DNA from: an uncultured Acidobacteriota bacterium
GTDB taxonomy: Bacteria > Acidobacteriota > UBA6911 > RPQK01 > JAPXNP01
Direction: 5' to 3'
Length of the DNA stretch: 64,000 nucleotides
NCBI GenBank assembly: GCA_963823995.1
Contig: CAWGNQ010000009.1
Coordinates: 173,079 to 237,078, forward strand
Below are positions 8,182 to 16,662 of this stretch, in pieces. Each line of letters starts with the position of its first letter. Position 1 is the stretch's first letter. The notes under the pieces are model-generated. The model made no database searches. It saw only the letters and a program-made list of their open reading frames with translations, and was not told where the DNA came from. Made by a program: the position numbers and the translations under genes.

Positions 8182-9092
8182 TCCGCGACGACGGGATTGC
8201 GAAGCGTCCCCAGCTTTTCGATGGATACTTCGACCAGGTCGCCGGCTTTGAGGAAGACCTGGGGATCGCGAAAGACGCCCACTCCCGAAGGCGTCCCCGT
8301 GAAGATCAGATCGCCAGGCTCGAGGCTGATCGTCTCGGAAATGAACTCCGTCAGCACGTAGCTGTCGAAGATCATGTCGGAGGTATTGCTTTCTTGCTGG
8401 ATGGCTTCGTTCAGACGCAGGGTGATCCCGAGATCGTGAGGGTCGCCGAGCTCGTCGCGGGTGACAACCGCAGGACCCAGCGGGGCGAAGGTATCGCACG
8501 ACTTGCCGCGAACCCACTGGCGGTCGGAGAACTGGAAGTCGCGGGCACTGACATCATTCCCGATTGTGAACGCCAACAGCGACCTGGCCTGTTGCCGATC
8601 CACGCGCCGACAACGCCCGAGAACCACCGCACACAACTCCGCTTCGACATCCACCTGCTGAGTGGAGGAGGGCAGCTTGATCGGTTCATCGGGACCGATG
8701 ACGGCACTCGGAAACTTTGCGAACAGAATCGGCCGCTTCGGAAGTTCCTCACCCTGCTCTTCGGCATGCTGCCGATAGTTGAGTCCCACGGCGATGATTT
8801 TGCCGGGGTTCGCGATGGGTGCTACGAGTCGGACCTGGAGCCGTGGATACGTCCCGGTCTCGAATCCTGCCGCCGCCGCGCGTGCCACCTCCTCGGCGAT
8901 CGACAAGGCATCGTCGCCTGCAGCCAGCCATGACTTCAGATCCCGAGCCTGAAGATACCGCTCCGCAGCTCCGTCAAGGACCCCATTTGCCCGCAGGGCC
9001 TGCCCCGCTTCGAGAAGATCGACCACCGTATCGGAATCGGTCAGGAATCCGAATCGCCGCACATTCTGATGGAAGAAGCTACAGAACTTCAT
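8178..9092 (-). CDS. fumarylacetoacetate hydrolase (FAH) family protein
   Basis: GKIIAVGLNYRQHAEE, RPILFAKFPSAVIGPDEPI, VDVEAELCAVV, TIGNDVSARD, GDLIFTGTPSGVG. The stop overlaps the GNAT stop (convergent, shared TTAG at 8178-8181). Confidence 0.85.
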   Translation of the reverse strand: MKFCSFFHQNVRRFGFLTDSDTVVDLLEAGQALRANGVLDGAAERYLQARDLKSWLAAGDDALSIAEEVARAAAAGFETGTYPRLQVRLVAPIANPGKIIAVGLNYRQHAEEQGEELPKRPILFAKFPSAVIGPDEPIKLPSSTQQVDVEAELCAVVLGRCRRVDRQQARSLLAFTIGNDVSARDFQFSDRQWVRGKSCDTFAPLGPAVVTRDELGDPHDLGITLRLNEAIQQESNTSDMIFDSYVLTEFISETISLEPGDLIFTGTPSGVGVFRDPQVFLKAGDLVEVSIEKLGTLRNPVVAD

Positions 9093-9136
9093 GGTCGCTC
9101 CAGAATGATGGATGGCTTCGCTTGGTCACACCTGCG

Positions 9137-10804
9137 TCAGGGGTGAGCATTCTGAGCTCGTGCTTCGCTCATCGATTTCTGCAGCAGAGCCGTCACGTGA
9201 GGCAGGCGTTCGATCGCGGCCTGGACCTGCTTGTCGAGTTCGAGCGCGACTCGATAGCTGGCAGTGTCTCCCACGAGCAACAGGAGTAGTTCCTGCTTCA
9301 GGAAATTCCGGATCACCGGCGTCGCGGGCTGCCATTCGGCATCCGAGAACGTCAGTGAATGATCGGAGACATATCGGCGGAACCGATCCAGACTCTCTTT
9401 TCCAATCTGAAGATCGGCGATCACTTCCTCGGCCTGGCTCTCTTCGAGTTGGCCGGGCTCGCCGGGAAGGCCCTTCAGAAGGTCCGAGGAGATCTCACCC
9501 GAGACGACTTTGGTGGCGTAGTCACGAAACAGATTCTTGCGCTGGATCTTCCGGGCTGTCAGCGGAATACGATCCAGCTCGACCTCTTCGTCCGGAGTGA
9601 TGCCTCCGCCGCCGTACACGATGCGCCCGCCGTCGGTGAAGTACTCCTTGGCATCGTGATGTACGGCCGCCTGCTCGTCATTTCGATTGTTGTAGTAATC
9701 CCAGAAACCGTGCGAATAATCTCGCTGAATCAGCCGGTCGCTCGGTGTGTAGTAGCGGCCCGTGGTAAGCGCCAGAGCCCGCTGACCGGCCAGAGGGAAG
9801 ATCGTTTGGACGAGGGCTTTGCCGAAACTCGTTTCGCCGAGGATCAAGGCGCGGTCATGATCCTGCAATGCACCCGAGACGATCTCACTCGCGCTCGCGC
9901 TGTTCTTGTTGATGAGAACCACCATACGATAGTGGAACCGCTCCGTCTGCTCGGCACGATAGTCGTGGGTCTCCTTCCCGTTACGGGAGCGTGTCGCCAC
10001 GATCTTCTCTCCCTTGTCCAGGAATCGATCCGAAACGGCGAGAGCCTGGCTGAGTGCCCCACCCGGGTTGTCTCGCAGATCCAGAATAAGACCCTCGAGC
10101 GAATCCTCGCCGATCGAATTCAGCGCATCGTCCAACTCCCGGCTGGTCGTCTCTGCAAAGCGGCTGATGCGAATGTAGCCGATCTTCGGACGAATCCGGA
10201 AGGCATATTTGATCGTGTAGAGCGGAATCTCGTCGCGTTCGACCTTGAACTGCAGCGACCCTTCCTCGCCCGGCCGCTCGACCGTGATGTTCACGAAGGT
10301 CCCTTTGGGTCCCTTGAGGTTGGGAATGACTTCCTCGTTCAGGTCCCAGTCGTCGATCGGCTTTCCTTCGATCTTCGCGATGACGTCTCCCGCATGGAGT
10401 CCGGCTTTGTAGGCAGGCGTACCCGGGGCCGGGGGCTCGACAACGACGACCCGTCCGCTGCCGGGAGATTCGGAGCGGATCGTGATCCCCAGTCCGTAAT
10501 ACTTCCCTTTCTGCTCTTCCTGCAGCCGATCATAGTCTTCCGTTGAGAAGAAGGAACTATGGGGATCGAGTGTCCGAAGCATACCGCGAACCGCATTTTC
10601 GACCAGAACGTCCGATTTCGTTTTCTCCGCGTAGTTCTGCTGTACGGCCGCGAAGACCTCCGTAAAAGTCTGGAGGAGCTTCTGGCTGTCTTCCTGGAGA
10701 GGCGTTTCTGCGCTCACCTTTCCGCCCAGCAATCCTCCGAGGACCGCCGCGAGCGCCACAATGAAGATAATCAGTGTACCGAGTCTGATTCGAATTCGAT
10801 GCAT
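9137..10804 (-). CDS. S41 family C-terminal processing peptidase (tail-specific protease)
   Basis: N-terminal TM/signal segment, PDZ-like segment (GLGITIRSE..PGTPAYKAGLHAGDVIAKIEGKPI). Catalytic blocks LILDLRDNPGGAL and VVLINKNSASASEIVSGALQD..ILGETSFGKALVQT. Confidence 0.9.
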   Translation of the reverse strand: MHRIRIRLGTLIIFIVALAAVLGGLLGGKVSAETPLQEDSQKLLQTFTEVFAAVQQNYAEKTKSDVLVENAVRGMLRTLDPHSSFFSTEDYDRLQEEQKGKYYGLGITIRSESPGSGRVVVVEPPAPGTPAYKAGLHAGDVIAKIEGKPIDDWDLNEEVIPNLKGPKGTFVNITVERPGEEGSLQFKVERDEIPLYTIKYAFRIRPKIGYIRISRFAETTSRELDDALNSIGEDSLEGLILDLRDNPGGALSQALAVSDRFLDKGEKIVATRSRNGKETHDYRAEQTERFHYRMVVLINKNSASASEIVSGALQDHDRALILGETSFGKALVQTIFPLAGQRALALTTGRYYTPSDRLIQRDYSHGFWDYYNNRNDEQAAVHHDAKEYFTDGGRIVYGGGGITPDEEVELDRIPLTARKIQRKNLFRDYATKVVSGEISSDLLKGLPGEPGQLEESQAEEVIADLQIGKESLDRFRRYVSDHSLTFSDAEWQPATPVIRNFLKQELLLLLVGDTASYRVALELDKQVQAAIERLPHVTALLQKSMSEARAQNAHP

Positions 10805-10898
10805 CAGTCAGTTTCCTTGGCTGGAGCAAGTTTGAGGAGACCAGTATAACATTTGCACGACCGCTTTCTTCGCCGGCTCCGCCCGGGATTCCCCTTAG

Positions 10899-10928
10899 TT
10901 GACTTGCCGTTCGAGCCTGGACTACACT
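10899..10928 (+). promoter_or_regulatory. putative sigma-70 promoter upstream of tatA
   Basis: TTGACT (10899-10904), an 18-nt spacer, then TACACT (10923-10928), ~20 nt before ATG 10948. GGAG lies 7 nt upstream of the ATG. Confidence 0.3.
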
Positions 10929-10947
10929 GACGGCGAACGGAGCTACT

Positions 10948-11175
10948 ATGGGTTGGAATCTCGGGTTCCCCGAACTGGTTGTCATATTCGTCATCGCGCT
11001 GCTGGTGTTTGGGCCGAGGAAGCTGCCTGAGCTCGGACGCTCGTTGGGGAAGAGTCTGGCCGAGTTCAAGAAGGCCACCAATGAGCTGAAGAGGACATGG
11101 GAAGAGGAAGTCAAGAGCGAGCAGGAAGAATTCCGCAAGATCCAGAGAGACATCGACCGAGATACCAAAATCTGA
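10948..11175 (+). CDS. tatA: twin-arginine translocase subunit TatA/E
   Basis: 75 aa. MGWNLGFPELVVIFVIALLVFGPRKLPELGRSLGKSLAEFKKA is the canonical TatA TM helix plus amphipathic helix (FGP.KLPE.G...G). Confidence 0.85.
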   Translation: MGWNLGFPELVVIFVIALLVFGPRKLPELGRSLGKSLAEFKKATNELKRTWEEEVKSEQEEFRKIQRDIDRDTKI

Positions 11176-11203
11176 CTCTGACCCCCCCCTGGCATTTCAC
11201 TCA

Positions 11204-12148
11204 ATGAACGACTCGACGAGTCCATCTGACGGGACCCCGGAGCCAGAATCCGGTGCAGAAACTCCCGAGAAGACCGTACCTTCTGGGGAAACCTCGCCAC
11301 GCAAGAAGTCGGCTTCCGAAACAGGGGAGAAGACTCAGCAGACGGTCCCACCGCGAACTCCACGACGTCCCGGTGCCCCACCTTCGGGGTCGGATGATTC
11401 CGATCCGGAGGGTGCAGAACTGGGTGGGCGCATGACCTTCCTGGAACATCTGGATGAGCTTCGCCGCCGGATCCTGTACACCATCATTGCCGTCGGTGTG
11501 ACCTTTACGGCTGCCTGGGTGTTTCGCGTCGCGATCTTCAGTTACCTGGAAAGACCCATCCGCGGGGTTGTCGAACACCTGACCGTGCTCAAGCCGACCG
11601 ACCCGTTCACGATCTATCTGAAGGTCTCGTTCACCGCTGCGATTTTCCTGGCCATTCCTTTCATCCTCTTTCAGGTCTGGCTGTTCGTTGCGCCCGGATT
11701 GTACCGAAAGGAGAAGCGATACGTTCTCCCGTTCCTGTTTGCTTCCACGGTGCTTTTCGTCTTGGGCGGGAGTTTTGCCTACTATATCGTCCTGCCGCCT
11801 GCGCTGAATTTCCTGCTGAACGAGTTCGGAAAAGAATTCCAGCCGATGATCACGGCCATGGACTATTTCGACTTCGAGCTGCTGATCATCCTGGGAATGG
11901 GCGCCGTCTTTCAACTGCCCGTCCTGGTCGCTTTCCTGTCGATCTTCGGGCTGATCACCCCCAGATTTCTCTGGAAGAACTTTCGCTACGCCTTCCTGAT
12001 CATCACCATCATTGCGGCAGTCGTCTCTCCGACCACGGATCCCTTCAATCTGTTTCTCTGGAGCGGTCCTATGGTGATCCTCTACGTCGTCAGCATCGGC
12101 GTGGCCTGGGTCTTCAAGAAACGACGCGATCGAAAAGAGCTCGACTAG
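11204..12148 (+). CDS. tatC: twin-arginine translocase subunit TatC (possible 76-aa low-complexity N-terminal extension)
   Basis: The core begins MTFLEHLDELRRRILYTIIAVGV (ATG 11432) with six hydrophobic segments, typical of TatC. The ORF is open from ATG 11204, 28 nt after tatA. That 76-codon extension is Pro/Ser/Glu-rich, so the true start is uncertain. Confidence 0.85.
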   Translation: MNDSTSPSDGTPEPESGAETPEKTVPSGETSPRKKSASETGEKTQQTVPPRTPRRPGAPPSGSDDSDPEGAELGGRMTFLEHLDELRRRILYTIIAVGVTFTAAWVFRVAIFSYLERPIRGVVEHLTVLKPTDPFTIYLKVSFTAAIFLAIPFILFQVWLFVAPGLYRKEKRYVLPFLFASTVLFVLGGSFAYYIVLPPALNFLLNEFGKEFQPMITAMDYFDFELLIILGMGAVFQLPVLVAFLSIFGLITPRFLWKNFRYAFLIITIIAAVVSPTTDPFNLFLWSGPMVILYVVSIGVAWVFKKRRDRKELD

Positions 12149-12171
12149 CTCGACCGGCTCGATTAACTCGA

Positions 12172-12930
12172 TTAAAACGAGTAGAGAAAGGTCGTCAGGA
12201 ACGCCGTGTCGTTCTTGAGGACGTCCGGACTGGGAGTCAGATTCGTGTAATCGTCGGTGAACTCGACCTTCAGCCGGATGTGACTCGTCAACTGCGTGTC
12301 GAGTCCGGTCGTGAATCGGTAGATCGAATCCTGAAAGTCCTCCATCTTCCAGAGTGCTGACAGATTTTGAAAGATGAGTGTTCCTTCGGAGAGGTGGAAC
12401 TCGAGCTCCTGGCTCCCATTGACGGTTCCGCTCGTATTGGCATCGACACCCGAATTCTTCTCCCAGGACATCCCAGCCCCACCACCGAGCGAAAAGACGA
12501 TCCGGTCGGTGTCGACCAGCTTGTAGCCGATGCCTGCCAAGGGGTTGATGAGGTAATCGATCTCCTTGAATGGATCCCGCTGATAGTGCATGACTCCGAA
12601 GAGGAAGGTTCGATCCGAGACGGTCCATTCATCCCGAGCACCCAGTCTGAGGCGGTCGGCGGTCTTCTCTCCCTTCTGGCTCGCTCGCAGGTAGAGACCA
12701 CTGAATTTCAGCACGTTGTCAGTCTTGGGGTCTCGAACGGCGTTGAGGCTGAAATTGTAGCTCTTCGTAGTGGTGTTGCCTCCGGTGATGGAGAGGCCCG
12801 CCCCGAAGGCCCCCGCCCAGGGGGCGGCAGCCGAGGTCGTACCCGACGCCTGTCCTTTTGCAGATGAAACCACCAGTGCCATACACAGAAGCAGATACAC
12901 CAGTCCCAAGGTCCGTCTGAGAATCTCCAT
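12172..12930 (-). CDS. outer-membrane beta-barrel protein, DUF481 (YdiY-like) family
   Basis: Signal peptide (LLLCMALVVSSAKGQ), the GGNTTTKSYNFSL block typical of DUF481, alternating beta-strand pattern, and a C-terminal aromatic residue (..FLYSF). Confidence 0.65.
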   Translation of the reverse strand: MEILRRTLGLVYLLLCMALVVSSAKGQASGTTSAAAPWAGAFGAGLSITGGNTTTKSYNFSLNAVRDPKTDNVLKFSGLYLRASQKGEKTADRLRLGARDEWTVSDRTFLFGVMHYQRDPFKEIDYLINPLAGIGYKLVDTDRIVFSLGGGAGMSWEKNSGVDANTSGTVNGSQELEFHLSEGTLIFQNLSALWKMEDFQDSIYRFTTGLDTQLTSHIRLKVEFTDDYTNLTPSPDVLKNDTAFLTTFLYSF

Positions 12931-13177
12931 GATCTATTCCCTTCTGGGAGCGGGCCCGCCTCCAATTCGGATTCCGGGCTCGAGCACATCGCACGACTCT
13001 GGTTAAATGAGAGGGCGCCGGCGCCATCGAAGGGCCGGCTCCCGTCGAAACATCGCAAAATACAGATCCGGCCCGCGCTTTGTCAACCGGCACGGCGTAA
13101 CGATCGACCCCGAAAACGATCCTCGTATGCGGGTCGATTGACGGCTCATCTCCCAAAATAATAGACTTCCCTCAACC

Positions 13178-13600
13178 ATGAAGCTTCGAATCCTCTGGTT
13201 CGTTCTCGCACTCTGTCTTGGATCGGTCCTCCTGGCTGCTCAGGATAAGGGCAACGGCTGGTTGGCCCCTTGGGCGGAACAATTGGGGGTCACCCTGGAG
13301 GAGACGCCGGCCCCGAACGAAGATTTCTCCGAATTGAATGGGACGATTCAGGACCCGGAAAGGGCCCGGACCCTACTCGGTGAAGCATCCAAAGACCAGA
13401 AGATCACGTTGAAGTACGCCGGTAATGTGGCCTGGACAGTCTCGACCGATTCGGGACCCGTCCGTCCCTGCGTGGTCAAGGCGACGCTCGAAGGCTCCTC
13501 CAAGGCGATTACGCTGGTTCCGGACTACAAGACCCATCTCCTGAAGATCGGCCCGCCTCCGTTCCGGGGTTCGACCAAGGCCCACTCAGGGGGCCGGTAG
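13178..13600 (+). CDS. hypothetical secreted protein
   Basis: 140 aa with a clear signal peptide (MKLRILWFVLALCLGSVLLAAQD). I recognise no family. Confidence 0.45.
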   Translation: MKLRILWFVLALCLGSVLLAAQDKGNGWLAPWAEQLGVTLEETPAPNEDFSELNGTIQDPERARTLLGEASKDQKITLKYAGNVAWTVSTDSGPVRPCVVKATLEGSSKAITLVPDYKTHLLKIGPPPFRGSTKAHSGGR

Positions 13601-13970
13601 GCTTTCCCCTCGGTCGGAGTGTTCCCGCCCCGGCGGTTCGATTCGCAGATCGTCCAGAAGGATGGTCAATCCTCCGGCATTTCGTCCGCCGACGCAGTCC
13701 CAGCGAAATAGCGGCCCAGTACTCATCGACCGGGCGATAGGCAATCCTGACACAGGTTCCGTCGTCGTCACCGGGACGATTGTCGGACTTCCAGTCGAAA
13801 TTCACCTCAATCGCTTCCGCCTCACCCCAGAGGGCAGGAACGAACGATTCGTCAATGTCGGCCGGCAGTGTCAGCATCTCCCCGCCCGCATCCGCCGGGG
13901 CCGGCGACTGCGTACCTCCCTGACAGGAAGCCAGGAACACGAGCGTCAGGATCAGGGTTCGGGTGCGCAT
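13509..13970 (-). CDS. hypothetical lipoprotein, probably frameshifted near 13700
   Basis: Lipobox MRTRTLILTLVFLASC. After ..RPVDEYWAAI the frame degenerates to RRRTKCRRIDHPSGRSANR. The neighbouring frame (ORF 13586..13771) continues with the protein-like FRWDCVGGRNAGGLTILLDDLRIEPP. Confidence 0.4.
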   Translation of the reverse strand: MRTRTLILTLVFLASCQGGTQSPAPADAGGEMLTLPADIDESFVPALWGEAEAIEVNFDWKSDNRPGDDDGTCVRIAYRPVDEYWAAISLGLRRRTKCRRIDHPSGRSANRTAGAGTLRPRGKPTGPLSGPWSNPGTEAGRSSGDGSCSPEPA

Positions 13971-14156
13971 CGGCCATGGTCCCTTCGAATCGATTCCCGG
14001 AAACGAACCTTCTCACGGCTCCCGCGACTCACTTTCCACGGATTCCGGGTACACGTCGACCTTCTCAAGCGACGATACTTGTATTAACGTTCCAAGCCTT
14101 GCGAGGGTTCACGGAACCGAGAAAAAGGGGAACGAAAGGCCCGGGAGCAGGTGAAA

Positions 14157-14897
14157 ATGTCGAGCATGAACCAGCCCACGATCATCGGTGTGATTCCCGC
14201 GCGGTTTGAGTCGTCCCGACTGCCGGGGAAGGTCCTGCTCGACGTGGCGGGCAAGCCGCTGCTGCAGAGAGTCTATGAGGCGGCCCGTGAATGCTCCGTT
14301 CTGGATGAGCTGGTGGTGGCCACCGACAGCCCGCGAGTCTCGGACTTCTGCGATGAAGCGCAGATTCGCTGCCTGAGAACAGGCCCGCATGACTCCGGTA
14401 CGGATCGCCTGTACGAGGTTTTGCAGCGCACGTCCGCAGACATCTACATCAACATCCAGGGAGATGAGCCCACCGTGTGCGCCGAGCATCTGCATCTCCT
14501 CGTCGGCCCCCTTTTGGATAAGGAGACGACCGTTTCGACCCTTTGCGTGGCAATCGACGGCGAGCAGGCCACGGATCCGAATGCGGTCAAGGTGGTCTTC
14601 GACGCGCGGAAGCGGGCCCTCTATTTCTCGAGAGCCTCCATCCCCTTTCATCGGGAGCAGCCGTCGAACCGAACCCACTTCAAGCACATCGGACTGTATG
14701 GCTATCGTCGAGAAGCACTGGCGCGGTTCCACGCACTGGCTCCCGGAAGACTCGAAACGATCGAACGGCTCGAACAGCTGCGATTTCTGGAAAACGGCAT
14801 CGGCATCGCCGTGGCCGAGACCTCACGCGACACGATCGGCGTCGACACGGCCGAAGATCTGCAACGGGCCATCGAGTACTTCCGGGCCGGAGCGTGA
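14157..14897 (+). CDS. kdsB: 3-deoxy-manno-octulosonate cytidylyltransferase (CMP-Kdo synthetase)
   Basis: IIGVIPARFESSRLPGKVLLDVAGKPLLQRVYE, GTDRLYEV, INIQGDEPTV, HIGLYGYRREAL, LEQLRFLENG. ATG 14157 follows GGGAGCAGG. GTG 14151 is an alternative start. Confidence 0.9.
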   Translation: MSSMNQPTIIGVIPARFESSRLPGKVLLDVAGKPLLQRVYEAARECSVLDELVVATDSPRVSDFCDEAQIRCLRTGPHDSGTDRLYEVLQRTSADIYINIQGDEPTVCAEHLHLLVGPLLDKETTVSTLCVAIDGEQATDPNAVKVVFDARKRALYFSRASIPFHREQPSNRTHFKHIGLYGYRREALARFHALAPGRLETIERLEQLRFLENGIGIAVAETSRDTIGVDTAEDLQRAIEYFRAGA

Positions 14898-14959
14898 TGC
14901 GCAGCCGAGTTTCTGGTCCGCGCCCACCCCGCGCGGTTGCCCGGAACCTGAGACTCCCG

Positions 14960-16651
14960 TCAGCTCCGCATGCGTTTCTCGATCTTCGCCCAGGTGTCCC
15001 TCAGGCTCACGATCCGATTGAAGACCGGCTTGTCGGGGCTCGTGTCCGGTACGTCGATCGTGAAATAACCAAGGCGTTCGAACTGGTACCGGACTTCGGG
15101 ACGAGCCTCGGCCAGTCCCGGCTCCAGGCGACAGCCCGCCAGTACCTGCAGTGATTCGGGGTTGAGACAGTCCTTGTAGTCTCCCTCCCCTTCCGTCGGA
15201 TTGGGCTTCTCGAACAACCGGTCGTAAAGCCGGACTTCTCCGTCGATCGCGTGTTGCGCCGAGACCCAGTGGATGGTCGCCTTGACCTTGCGCCCATCCG
15301 GAGCGCCACCGCCCCGCGTTGCTGGATCGTAGGTGCAGTGCAGTTCGGTCACCTCACCCGTGGCCGGATCCTTGACGACGTCCTCGCACTTGACGAAATA
15401 GGCGTAGCGCAGTCGGATCTCCCGTCCCGGTGCCAGCCGATAGTACTTCGGCGGCGGCTCCTCCCGAAAGTCGTCCCGCTCGATGTACAGGACGCGCGAA
15501 AACGGCACCATGCGGGTACCCATCTCCGGGTCCTCCGGGTTGTTGATGGCCTCGAGTTCCTCGACCTGTCCCTCGGGGTAGTTGTCGAGGACCACCTTCA
15601 GCGGGTTGAGCACCGCCATCACGCGCGGCGCGGTTTTGTTCAGGTCCTCCCGGACCGTATGTTCGAGAAGTGCGACATCGATGATGCTGTCGCGCTTCGC
15701 CACTCCGACACGGTCGCAGAAGCGTCGAATCGACTCCGGCGGATAACCCCGGCGCCGAAGGCCGGAGATTGTCGGCATGCGGGGATCATCCCATCCGGAC
15801 ACGAACTGACCTCGTACGAGCTCGAGGAGACGGCGCTTGCTCAGAACGGTGTAGCTCAGATTGAGCCGGGCAAATTCGATCTGCTGCGGATGGTACACGT
15901 CGAGCTCATCTAGAAACCAGTCATAGAGCGGACGATGATCCTCAAACTCGAGCGTGCAGATCGAGTGTGTAATGCCCTCGATAGAATCGGAAAGACCATG
16001 TGCAAAGTCGTACATCGGATAGATACACCACTTGTCACCCGAGCGATGATGCGTCGCATGCTTGATCCGGTAGACGGCCGGGTCTCTCAGATTGAGATTC
16101 GGAGAGGCCATGTCGATCTTCGCACGCAGCACGTGACTGCCTTCCGGAAATTCGCCGCGGCGCATCTGCTCGAACAGCTCGAGATTTTCCTCCACGGAAC
16201 GATCGCGGTAAGGGCTGTTCTTCCCGGCCTCGGTCAAGGTGCCGCGAAATTCCCGAATCTCTTCCGGGCTGAGGCTGTCGACGTAGGCCTTGCCTTGCCG
16301 GACCAGCTGAAGTGCGTATTCGTACAGCTGGTCGAAGTAGTCGGAAGCAAAGAACATCCGGTCCTCCCAGTCGAAGCCCAGCCAGCGCACGTCCTCCTCG
16401 ATCGATTCGACGTATTCGACCTCCTCTTTGCTCGGATTCGTGTCGTCGAATCGAAGGTTGCACAAGCCGTCATAGTCTCTGGCAATCCCGAAGTTCAGAC
16501 AGATCGACTTGGCATGACCGATATGAAGGTAACCGTTCGGTTCGGGGGGAAAACGCGTATGCACGCGCCCCCCGAACTTACCGGTCACGTTGTCCTCGTC
16601 GATGAGCGTCCTGATGAAATCCTTGCCCGTACTGCTCTCGTTCTCTGCCAT
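14960..16651 (-). CDS. glnS: glutamine--tRNA ligase
   Basis: [29 protein letters not shown] (HIGH motif), [11 protein letters not shown] (KMSKS-type motif). Length is 563 aa, with the C-terminal anticodon-binding beta-barrel region present. Confidence 0.95.
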   Translation of the reverse strand: MAENESSTGKDFIRTLIDEDNVTGKFGGRVHTRFPPEPNGYLHIGHAKSICLNFGIARDYDGLCNLRFDDTNPSKEEVEYVESIEEDVRWLGFDWEDRMFFASDYFDQLYEYALQLVRQGKAYVDSLSPEEIREFRGTLTEAGKNSPYRDRSVEENLELFEQMRRGEFPEGSHVLRAKIDMASPNLNLRDPAVYRIKHATHHRSGDKWCIYPMYDFAHGLSDSIEGITHSICTLEFEDHRPLYDWFLDELDVYHPQQIEFARLNLSYTVLSKRRLLELVRGQFVSGWDDPRMPTISGLRRRGYPPESIRRFCDRVGVAKRDSIIDVALLEHTVREDLNKTAPRVMAVLNPLKVVLDNYPEGQVEELEAINNPEDPEMGTRMVPFSRVLYIERDDFREEPPPKYYRLAPGREIRLRYAYFVKCEDVVKDPATGEVTELHCTYDPATRGGGAPDGRKVKATIHWVSAQHAIDGEVRLYDRLFEKPNPTEGEGDYKDCLNPESLQVLAGCRLEPGLAEARPEVRYQFERLGYFTIDVPDTSPDKPVFNRIVSLRDTWAKIEKRMRS

Positions 16652-16662
16652 AGGCGGGAATT

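Noticed and set aside
11201-12628. 475-aa minus-strand ORF across tatC
   Set aside because: This is a shadow of tatC (plus) and the DUF481 gene region. The composition is junk-like. The same reasoning applies to 20654..21601(-), 25055..26311(-), 27171..28610(-), 31120..32619(-), 36317..37408(-), 41922..42797(-), 43340..44503(-), 45527..46354(-), 55588..56535(-), 56603..57778(-) and 59925..61427(-).
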